DNA from: an uncultured Acidobacteriaceae bacterium
Lineage (GTDB): Bacteria > Acidobacteriota > Terriglobia > Terriglobales > Acidobacteriaceae
NCBI GenBank assembly: GCA_963745105.1
Contig: CAVUWQ010000022.1
Location: forward strand, 99,366-163,365
Direction of reading: 5' to 3'
DNA length: 64,000 nucleotides
Shown here: positions 16,348 through 24,445 of the stretch, piece by piece
Numbering within the stretch: the stretch's first letter is position 1
How the letters are laid out: the number at the start of each line of letters is the position of its first letter
The notes under the pieces: generated by a model
The model's database searches: none
Told to the model about the DNA's origin: nothing
Seen by the model: the letters and a program-made list of their open reading frames with translations, nothing else
Translations under genes and position numbers: made by a program

Positions 16348-19077
16348 ATGAAAGTGATTCGGCGAGTAAAGTCTGCGCTACTCACGTTGTTGCACCGGCA
16401 GCAGGTGGAATCAGAGCTGGATCAGGAGATTCGCAGCTACGTCGAAGCCCTCACCGAGGAAAAAATCGCAGCCGGCCTCACGCCTGCGGAAGCTCGCCGC
16501 CAGGCCCTGATCGAATGCGGCGGACCGGAGCAGGTAAAGCAGGCCGTCCGCGACCAGCGTGCCGGAACGTGGATCGAGTCCGTGCTGCAGGACATCCGCT
16601 ACGGCCTCCGCCAGATGGTCCGTAACCCATCTTTCGCGTTGACCACAATACTGACTCTGGGCCTCAGCATTGGCGCAACCACCGCAATCTTTTCGGCGGT
16701 CAACGCGCTTCTCATCCGTCCTCTTCCGTATTCCAATCCAGCGCGCCTGATGGAGATCTCACAGCAATGGCCCAAGGTAGCCAGCATCAGAGGGCCTCTG
16801 CTTTCCCCCGACTTTGTCGCCGCGCAATCGAGCGTGAAGTCCTTTCAATCTCTCAGTGGATTTGTCGACAGAGGCTACAGCAACCTCACCGGCACCGGCG
16901 CTCCCATCCGCGTAAGAACCGCTGGAATCACCGCCAATCTCCTGCCTACGCTGCGCATCAAGCCGGAGCAGGGCAGGAATTTTCTCGACACTGAAGATCA
17001 ACTGCACGGACCTGCCGTCGTCCTCCTCAGTCACCGTTTATGGAAGAGCCGATTCAACGGCGATCCACAGATCATCGGCCGATCGATCAACCTAGGGGGA
17101 AAGTCATCCACAGTCATCGGAGTTCTGCCGGAGCATTTTTTCTTTCCTGACGCGGCGCTCGAGCCCGATGCCTGCATCCCTGCCGGACTCGACTCCAATG
17201 CGACACTCCTGATCGAAACGCCGGTCATGCCCATGCGCGTGATCGGGCGTTTGCGCGATGGCGTGACCGCTCAGGCCGCCGAATCCGAGCTGAACGTGTC
17301 TGCTGTGAATCGCGCGAGAGACTATCCGGCGCTGATCAAGCCCTGGGCAGCTGGCCGGCACATGACTGTCGATCCTCTGCAGCGCTATTTGGCCGGAGAC
17401 AACCGCACTTCACTCCTCATCCTCTTGGCCTGCGTAGGCGCCGTGCTGCTGATCGCGTGTGTCAATGTGGCAAATCTGCAACTGGCCCGCACCGTAACCC
17501 GGCTGCGCGAGATGGCACTGCGCGGCGCGCTGGGTGCTGGACGCTTGCGTCTCGTGCGTCAGCTTCTCGTCGAAAGCCTGACCCTCGCCTCTGCTTCTGC
17601 TTTTCTCGGATTGGGCATCGCCATAGCGGTGATTGGACTGATTCGGCGAGGAGCAGCGGTCGAGCAGTCGGCTTCGAGTTCGCAGATTCTCCAGCAGCTG
17701 CAGGTTCCGATGGGCAAGCTCGGAGCCATGGTTCAGGTAGATGGCTGGGTCTTGGGATTCGCGGCTGGGCTTGCGCTTCTCACCACCATCCTTTTCGGCC
17801 TCGCTCCGGCAATCGGAGCCTCCCGCACCGACCTGCGAACCACCCTGCAGGCAGGCGGCCAGCGCGTCTCGTCCAGCCGCACGCAGCGAAGGCTCCGCGG
17901 TGCATTGCTTACGGTAGAGATTGGACTGGCCGTCGTTCTGCTGGCCGGTGCGGGTCTCTTGATCCGCAGCTTCGTCAACGTGCTTCGCAATGATTCCGGC
18001 TTCGATCCCCGCCAGTGTTTGGCCGTGCAAATTGGCCGCAATTACCCTGAGGCTCCCGAGAAAACAAGAAGCTTCGTTCACCAGCTGCTGTCGCGCATCC
18101 AGGCTTTACCGGGTGTGGAAGCGGCAGCCGTTGCAAGCGCGCTTCCGCTGGAGGGCGTCAACCCCAACAACGCGATTCTGCCCGGAGACGGGCCAAAACC
18201 TCCGCGTTCAGAGTGGCCAGTGGGACGCGCTATCAGCGTAAGTCCGGCATACTTCCGCGCAGCGGGAACACCTGTTTTGAGAGGCCGCGCTTTCACTGTT
18301 AATGACAACGAAGAGTCCGCTCGCGTGGCCATCGTGAACCAGGCCTTTGCTAGCCAGTTTCTTCACGAAAAGACGAGCGAAGTCCTCGGCCAGCGCGTAA
18401 AAACCAACATCAACGCCAAGGACGCAACCGACTTCACAACGGTGACCGTTGTCGGAGAAGTCGCCGACGTTCGCTACACGGGAATTGAAGGTACGATTGA
18501 GCCCGTTATCTTCTTTCCCATCGACCAGGTGCAGCTTCTAAATCTCAATCTGCTGCTCCGCACCACCGTCGAACCGGATTCCCTGGCCACGGCGGTAAGA
18601 AAGGCATCCATTTCCGTCGATCCCCAGCAGCCATTGTTCAACATGGAAACCATGGAAGCGCGAACCTCACAGATGGTCGGCCAGCGTCGATTCATCATGC
18701 TGTTGATCGCAGCCTTCGCGGCTCTCTCGCTGTTACTGGCTGGCATCGGTGTCTGCGGAGTCTTCACCTACTGGGTAAACCAACGCAGGCAGGAACTCGG
18801 CATCCGCCTGGCCCTCGGCTCATCGCGTCCCGGCCTGTTCACATTGATCCTGATGCAGGCCACGCGATTGACCTTGATAGGAGGCGGAGCCGGACTTCTG
18901 TCAGCCTGGTTCCTGACACATCTCTTGTCCAGCATGCTGGTAGGAGTCAAGACGCACGATCCCGCCACCTTGACACTATCCTGGATGATGATGACCGCGA
19001 TCGTGCTCATCGCAAGCGGCCTGCCAGCAATCAACGCCAGCCGCACCGACATCGTGTCCGTGCTCCATTCAGAATGA
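16348..19077 (+). CDS. ADOP-like duplicated MacB/FtsX permease with N-terminal helical prefix
   Basis: 909 aa. Prefix ESELDQEIRSYVEALTEEKIAAGLTPAEARRQALIECGGPEQV. Then a TM, a large periplasmic domain and an FtsX 4-TM module, and this unit occurs twice. C-terminal INASRTDIVSVLHSE. Confidence 0.9.
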   Translation: MKVIRRVKSALLTLLHRQQVESELDQEIRSYVEALTEEKIAAGLTPAEARRQALIECGGPEQVKQAVRDQRAGTWIESVLQDIRYGLRQMVRNPSFALTTILTLGLSIGATTAIFSAVNALLIRPLPYSNPARLMEISQQWPKVASIRGPLLSPDFVAAQSSVKSFQSLSGFVDRGYSNLTGTGAPIRVRTAGITANLLPTLRIKPEQGRNFLDTEDQLHGPAVVLLSHRLWKSRFNGDPQIIGRSINLGGKSSTVIGVLPEHFFFPDAALEPDACIPAGLDSNATLLIETPVMPMRVIGRLRDGVTAQAAESELNVSAVNRARDYPALIKPWAAGRHMTVDPLQRYLAGDNRTSLLILLACVGAVLLIACVNVANLQLARTVTRLREMALRGALGAGRLRLVRQLLVESLTLASASAFLGLGIAIAVIGLIRRGAAVEQSASSSQILQQLQVPMGKLGAMVQVDGWVLGFAAGLALLTTILFGLAPAIGASRTDLRTTLQAGGQRVSSSRTQRRLRGALLTVEIGLAVVLLAGAGLLIRSFVNVLRNDSGFDPRQCLAVQIGRNYPEAPEKTRSFVHQLLSRIQALPGVEAAAVASALPLEGVNPNNAILPGDGPKPPRSEWPVGRAISVSPAYFRAAGTPVLRGRAFTVNDNEESARVAIVNQAFASQFLHEKTSEVLGQRVKTNINAKDATDFTTVTVVGEVADVRYTGIEGTIEPVIFFPIDQVQLLNLNLLLRTTVEPDSLATAVRKASISVDPQQPLFNMETMEARTSQMVGQRRFIMLLIAAFAALSLLLAGIGVCGVFTYWVNQRRQELGIRLALGSSRPGLFTLILMQATRLTLIGGGAGLLSAWFLTHLLSSMLVGVKTHDPATLTLSWMMMTAIVLIASGLPAINASRTDIVSVLHSE

Positions 19078-19165
19078 TTGCAGAAGTAAATAGCCGGAGG
19101 GCTGTACGGACATCGCTTCTGTGCTTCATTCAGAATCATTGCAGGAGTAAAAAAGCCGAAGGGAG

Positions 19166-19262
19166 GCGCGGGCTTCAGCCCGCGCAAACACCCATCGCAG
19201 AACGAGGGCCTTCAGGCCCTGAGGCGGGTGGCCCATTCAAGCCCGCTGTCGGCTTGAGTGGG
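19166..19262. repeat. composite dispersed repeat (types B, C, E)
   Basis: gcgcgggc-TTCA-gcccgcgc (19166-19185); gggcc-TTCA-ggccc (19206-19219); cccattcaagcc-cgctgtc-ggcttgagtggg (19232-19262). Confidence 0.75.
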
Positions 19263-19281
19263 ATCAAATTTAAGCTGAGCC

Positions 19282-19317
19282 AAAAACAAAAAGGCCGCTC
19301 CCAAAGGAGCGGCCTTT
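19282..19317 (-). terminator. intrinsic terminator of rpsA (may act on both strands)
   Basis: ggccgctcc-caaa-ggagcggcc (19293-19314). On the minus strand it is followed by TTTTTGTTTTT. It lies between convergent genes. Confidence 0.65.
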
Positions 19318-19352
19318 CCTGAGCCCTGTGCTCTGAGCTCTGTTCTCTGCTT

Positions 19353-21212
19353 TTACTGTCTCTTCCAGTTCATCAGATCGCCCAGGGTCGTCGTCGAGCT
19401 CGACACCGGAGCCTTGTAGGCTTCGACATCCGCGCGGCTGGCCTCTTCGCCCACGGCGCGCAGGCTCAGACCGACCTTCTTCTCTTCCTGGTTCATCTTG
19501 ATGATCTTGAAGTCGTGCTCCTGGCCCTGTTCGAGCTTCGCCGGTGCTCCCGTGCTGTCAACCGCCTCGGACACGTGGCAAAGACCCTCGACACCTTCGG
19601 CAATCTCCACAAACGCGCCGAACTGAGCGGTCCGTAGAACCTTGCCCTTCACCACATCGCCGACCCGGTGCTGGGCGAAGAACGTATCCCATACATCCGG
19701 CTGCAGCTGCTTGATGCCCAGCGACAGGCGGCGATTCTCAGGCTCGACACCCAGAACCACGGCCTTGACCTTCTCGCCCTTCTTCAGCACTTCCGAAGGA
19801 TGCTTCACGCGCTTGGTCCAGCTCAGGTTGCTCACGTGAACCAGGCCGTCAATGCCGTCCTCGATCTCGATGAACGCGCCGAAGTCGGTCAGGTTGCGCA
19901 CGCGGCCTTCGACGTTGGTGCCGGTAGGATACCGAGCCGACAGATGCTCCCAGGGGTTTTCCTGGAGCTGCTTCATGCCCAGCGAGATGCGGCGGTCCGA
20001 AGGATTGACGCTGAGAACAACCGTCTCAACCTCATCACCCGGCTTCACCAGCTTCGACGGATGCTTCATCCGCTTCGACCAGGTCATCTCCGAAACGTGA
20101 ACCAGACCTTCGATGCCCTGCTCCAGTTCGACGAAAGAGCCGTAGTCGGTCACCGACAGAACCCGGCCGCGTACCCGCGCGCCGATGGGATAGCGCTCGA
20201 CCGCGTCCAGCCACGGATCAGGCGTGAGCTGCTTGAAGCCCAGCGAAACCCGCTGCTTGTCTTTGTCGAACTTCAGCACCTTCACCTGGATCTCGTCGCC
20301 GACGTTGACCAGATCGCGCGGGTGCGTCAGACGTCCCCACGACATGTCGGTGATGTGCAGCAGGCCATCGATGCCGCCCAGATCCACAAATGCGCCGTAA
20401 TCGGTAAGGTTCTTCACCGTGCCGGTCAGGATGCTTCCCTCTTCCAGGTGCTCGAGAGTCGTAGAGCGCTTCGCGGTCTGCTCTTCCTCGAGGATCTCCT
20501 TGCGGGAAACAACCACGTTGCCGCGCTTCTTGTTCAGCTTGATGACGCGGACTTCAATCGGCTGCCCGATATAGGCATCCAGATTGCGCACCGGGCGAAT
20601 CTCCAGCTGCGAGCCGGGCAAAAACGCCTTGATGCCGATGTCGACGGTCAATCCACCCTTGACGCGGCCCAGAACGATGCCCGTAACCGGGGTCTTCTCG
20701 TTGGCTGCCTTCTCGATCACGTCCCAGACGCGATGCCGCTGAGCCTTGTCGTAGCTCAGCAGATAGCCACCCTCGGCCTCTTCGCGCTCGATCACCACTT
20801 CCACGGTGTCGCCCGCCTTCAGCTTCGGCTGCCCCGTGTGATCGAGGACCTGCTCGATCGGAATCAGTCCTTCGGACTTCATTCCGACATCGACCACCAC
20901 ATGCTTGTCCGTGAGCTTGATCACGGTTCCAGCAACGACTGTGGAGTCATCGAAGGCCTGCGCAGCGGCCTCCGCAGCCTGCTCGCGGTCAAATGACTCG
21001 AGCGCGGCAGCGAAATCTTCCATGCTTCCGAAATCGAGGTCTTCGGTCGATTCGGCGGCAGCGGAAGTTGCCTCGTGCGCGGGGGCTTCCAGGTTAAGGG
21101 TGGGTTCGACCGGCGAATCGATATGATCCGCCGCGGCTTCTAGCGTTGGGGTTTCTAATTCGGTGTTCAGAGGATTGCTCTCGACTTGTTCAGGATTTAA
21201 GACGTCTGCCAT
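19353..21212 (-). CDS. rpsA: 30S ribosomal protein S1
   Basis: Six S1/OB repeats (e.g. GTVIKLTDKHVVVDVGMKSEGLIP, GTVKNLTDYGAFVDLGGIDGLLHITDMSW). The ATG at 21212 (MADVLNPEQ...) is preferred over the track start 21308. Acidic N-terminal extension of roughly 55 aa. Confidence 0.9.
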   Translation of the reverse strand: MADVLNPEQVESNPLNTELETPTLEAAADHIDSPVEPTLNLEAPAHEATSAAAESTEDLDFGSMEDFAAALESFDREQAAEAAAQAFDDSTVVAGTVIKLTDKHVVVDVGMKSEGLIPIEQVLDHTGQPKLKAGDTVEVVIEREEAEGGYLLSYDKAQRHRVWDVIEKAANEKTPVTGIVLGRVKGGLTVDIGIKAFLPGSQLEIRPVRNLDAYIGQPIEVRVIKLNKKRGNVVVSRKEILEEEQTAKRSTTLEHLEEGSILTGTVKNLTDYGAFVDLGGIDGLLHITDMSWGRLTHPRDLVNVGDEIQVKVLKFDKDKQRVSLGFKQLTPDPWLDAVERYPIGARVRGRVLSVTDYGSFVELEQGIEGLVHVSEMTWSKRMKHPSKLVKPGDEVETVVLSVNPSDRRISLGMKQLQENPWEHLSARYPTGTNVEGRVRNLTDFGAFIEIEDGIDGLVHVSNLSWTKRVKHPSEVLKKGEKVKAVVLGVEPENRRLSLGIKQLQPDVWDTFFAQHRVGDVVKGKVLRTAQFGAFVEIAEGVEGLCHVSEAVDSTGAPAKLEQGQEHDFKIIKMNQEEKKVGLSLRAVGEEASRADVEAYKAPVSSSTTTLGDLMNWKRQ

Positions 21213-21768
21213 AACCACTAGCTCCGGGATTCTGGGTCGGCGGTTCCCGCAGTACCGCCACTGCAGAGACGAGAGGTCGATGGACGGGACACATCCATAC
21301 AACGTCAACGCTGCAGATTTCTTCGCTGAAAGCTTAGATTCCCGGCTGATCCGCGAAGATTCGGGGATCGAGGTCCTGTCTTCCCTATATGCCGCGCGAA
21401 AGCCAGGACGGGAGACGGTGAGTGTGGCCAGAGAGAGTGGCCCGGCACAACGTCGGTCTCCATGCGGAGCATCCGGCAGGCAGGGAATGATTAGGAGCGG
21501 CGATCGGAGATCCCCGCATGAATCCCAGGCGAGAACCTACTATCTAACTATAGGTCTCCCGTATTGGCAATGTCAATTGCACCCGGGGGGTATAAGGCCA
21601 ATAACAACCAACTCTTAACAGAAAGCTTTGGCCATCCGGGTGCCTCCAAACCAAAGGACATGTCCATTCGTAACCAGGAGTTCCCCACGCGTAATCTGCG
21701 CCCGGCCGCCACAGATTTAGATACCCCGCGAACCAGCGCCCGCTCACACCACGGGTATAGCGGCGGCG

Positions 21769-22380
21769 CTACCCGGCATTGGAAGTAGAGTTAGCCATTT
21801 GTTCGTTGAACCTGGCTTGCAGTAAAGCCACCAGTTGTTCGTGAAAAGCGGTCAGATTACCCAGGGGGATTCTCGCCTGCATAGCCTCCACCGCCAGCGA
21901 AAGCCGGCCCGCCAGCAAAGCAGCCGGCGCCAGGATGTCATAAAGTTCGCCGGACTGCGGCGCAGATGAAATTGCTTGTTGTATCCGGCTCAGACCCGCC
22001 TCAACTTGACCGAGATGAACTTCCGACGCTCCGCGTTTCGCCTCAGTGAGCGGCGATGCCTCTCCGCGTCTCTCCAATTCCGCATAAGCCTGGCTGGCCG
22101 CAGCAAAATCCCCTTTTTTGAAATAAGCGTCGCCCGCAGCCTGCAAGAGAACACCCGAATTCAGCCCAAGCTGCTTTGCTCGCTCCAGATTTGCTAATGC
22201 TTCATCGGCCTTATCCAGCCTTGAGAGGCAGACTCCGGAATACAACCACGCCGCCGCACATGCGGGATCGATCTCGCGTGCCCTCGTAAATTGCGCCAGC
22301 GCGGCTCCCGGGTTCTTGTGGTGCTCCAGATGGCTGAGGCCCAGCTCAATCAGAGTCTGCACATCGTCCGGGGCTTCCAC
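21769..22380 (-). CDS. tetratricopeptide (TPR) repeat protein
   Basis: 203 aa, GTG start with GGAGAG upstream. Repeated A..Y...G.......A...F..A pattern (AAAWLYSGVCLSRLDKADEALANLERAKQL; GDAYFKKGDFAAASQAYAEL). Confidence 0.7.
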   Translation of the reverse strand: MEAPDDVQTLIELGLSHLEHHKNPGAALAQFTRAREIDPACAAAWLYSGVCLSRLDKADEALANLERAKQLGLNSGVLLQAAGDAYFKKGDFAAASQAYAELERRGEASPLTEAKRGASEVHLGQVEAGLSRIQQAISSAPQSGELYDILAPAALLAGRLSLAVEAMQARIPLGNLTAFHEQLVALLQARFNEQMANSTSNAG

Positions 22381-22419
22381 CAGCTTGGCCTCTCCAAGCG
22401 CATGGTAAAAATCGTTTTT

Positions 22420-23021
22420 TTAGCGGCGCTTCTCTTCGGAATCGCGAACGAATCCGAAGTGGTGCAGCACGATATCCGCCTTCGCCGTTGGCAGACCCAG
22501 CGCAGCCACTCTCTTCACGACGGTTTCGTGCACAGCGTCTTCGAAATAGATCCCGGGGTGGTTCCGGAACAGACGCAGCGTGGGCTGCGGCACATACGCG
22601 GGATACGGCCGCGATTCCTCCAGCCGGAACGCGTTCTTGCGTGCCGACTCATGCCCGATGCGGGAGATCGATTCCGTCACGTAGTTCCACATCACGTGAT
22701 GGCAGGCATAGATATCTGGCTCGCGAATAAGCCTCCGCATGTTCTCGCCGCTCAGCGGATCGATCATTTCATCGGCATCGAGAACCAGGATCCAATCGCA
22801 TTTGCGGTGGTCGAGTACCCGGTTGCGGGCCTTCGCAAAGTCCTTCTCCCATGGGACATCCAGCACCTCAGCCCCGATTCCCCGGCAATCTCCCTGGAAT
22901 TGTCCGACGATCCTGTATCCCCAACCACCATGCGATCGACGAACGGAGCGACGCTCTTCAGGCAGCGGCTCAGGTCAGCGCCTCCATCCTTAACGATCAT
23001 TGAGAGTTCGACGGTTGGCAC
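22420..23021 (-). pseudogene. family 2 glycosyltransferase, split by a frameshift near 22872-22880
   Basis: N-terminus (GTG) PTVELSMIVKDGGADLSRCLKSVAPFVDRMVVGDTGSSDNSREIAGE is in the frame of 22764..23021. The continuation GAEVLDVPWEKDFAKARNRVLDH...WILVLDADE is in the frame of 22420..22866. The junction lies in a short run of G on the coding strand (C on the + strand). Confidence 0.7.
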
Positions 23022-23207
23022 GCGCTGCTTCTCCTCCCCTTCTCCTCTCCGGTCTCGAAGCCGTGCGAAGCCGCCGCTACGCCCGTTGATACACCAGATT
23101 CTATGGCGTCAGAACATATGTCGGACACGCGCCCATCCACAGCATCGCCCTTACCGCCAAAACACCTCTGGATTCAACAGATGTAGACCGGCTCGGCATC
23201 GGTCGGC

Positions 23208-23564
23208 TTACAGCGGCTGCCAAAGCTCGACGCGATTTCCCTCCGGATCGATGATCCAGCCAAACTTCCCGAAATCATAGCTGTCGCGCTTGGGATCCAC
23301 CGTGACCCCTTCAGCAATCAACCGGTCCAGCACTCCATCCAGATCGTCCACCTGAAGGTTGAGCATCGCCTTCTGCGCCGGTGGAAAGTAGTCATTATCC
23401 TGCTTGAAAAGAGCGAACACGACCTGTGCCTCGTGCTTCGAGGCGGGAAAACCGTATGCTCCGCCCGCCTTCACCAGACCCAGATGCCGCTCGTACCACG
23501 CATAAAGAGCCTTTGGATCATCCGATCGCAAGAAAATACCGCCAAAGCCAATGATTGAAGCCAT
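23208..23564 (-). CDS. VOC/glyoxalase-family protein
   Basis: The ATG at 23564 has AGGAG 5 nt upstream. MASIIGFGGIFLRSDDPKALYAWYERHLGL...FGKFGWIIDPEGNRVELWQP is typical of the glyoxalase/bleomycin-resistance fold. Confidence 0.8.
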   Translation of the reverse strand: MASIIGFGGIFLRSDDPKALYAWYERHLGLVKAGGAYGFPASKHEAQVVFALFKQDNDYFPPAQKAMLNLQVDDLDGVLDRLIAEGVTVDPKRDSYDFGKFGWIIDPEGNRVELWQPL

Positions 23565-23653
23565 AGAGTCTCCTGTGAAAAACCGCTTGTACATAATAAC
23601 GATGTATTTGGGGTGAAGACGGAAGGCCGGAGCGTACGCTCCGGCCTTTGAAT

Positions 23654-24205
23654 TTATATGGTCGTGACGGCGGGAGCACCGCTCGATTCAACACCCGCTT
23701 TCCGCCGCAGGATGCCGGACGAGACCAGGGTAATGATAAGGCCAACCGGGAAAGGCTCGATGAAGGTGTACGCGATGTTGACCAGCGGGTTCTGGTAAAG
23801 CTGCTGGGAGTGCTGAAGAGCGGCCACCTGCGCGGCAGTAGTAGCCGGATCAAGTCCGGCGGACTGGACTTTATGAATCTGCGCGGCGAAATAGCCGTCC
23901 ATGAAGTGGGGCATGAAGTTGAAGTACAGGATCTCCCACATGGCGACATAGCAGACGGTAGTTATGAGAGTGATGAGGATGCCGCAGGCGAAGGCGCGGC
24001 CGAAGGAGATTTGGCCGGCCAGGATGTTGTCGCGGTAGCTGCGGATGCCGAAGTAGATCATCATGAACGACGCCACCATGATGGTGTAGCCGAGCATCAT
24101 GCTGTGAACCGAGCCAAGCTTGTTGGCAAGGAGAAGCGAGCCGCCCATAAGGACGGAGATCATGAGCCCGGAGATGAGGCCGAAAGTAAGGACGATTTTC
24201 TTCAT
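23654..24205 (-). CDS. DUF4199-like four-TM membrane protein
   Basis: 183 aa. MKKIVLTFGLISGLMISVLMGGSLLL..., four hydrophobic segments, and a central soluble loop (AAQIHKVQSAGLDPATTAAQVAALQHSQQLY). The family call is from memory only. Confidence 0.6.
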   Translation of the reverse strand: MKKIVLTFGLISGLMISVLMGGSLLLANKLGSVHSMMLGYTIMVASFMMIYFGIRSYRDNILAGQISFGRAFACGILITLITTVCYVAMWEILYFNFMPHFMDGYFAAQIHKVQSAGLDPATTAAQVAALQHSQQLYQNPLVNIAYTFIEPFPVGLIITLVSSGILRRKAGVESSGAPAVTTI

Positions 24206-24445
24206 GCAAGGCTCCCTGATCCGAGTACAAACCGAGTACGGATGCAGTCAAAATGTACTGCAACCGCCCCCCATGTCGTCATACTTTCGTGTGATTTTGC
24301 AGGAATGGAGCGGAAATCGTGCTTTTGGGTGACGGAGTCAAGGCAGCCGGCCTGAATCGCGGCATCGATACAGCATCGCCGTCCCGAAAACCTGACTCGC
24401 GACGCGCGGCTCCGCCGAAGGCGGAATTGCCGGGACGGCCAGTCC

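Noticed and set aside
21343-21380. Faint resemblance of ggctgatccgcgaagattcggggat to the tmRNA 5' end (GGGGCUGAUUCUGGAUUCGACGGGAU)
   Set aside because: No tRNA-like 3' end (GGTTCGA..TCC...CCA), no tag ORF and no pseudoknot series on either strand within 400 nt. The match needs an insertion and is probably chance.
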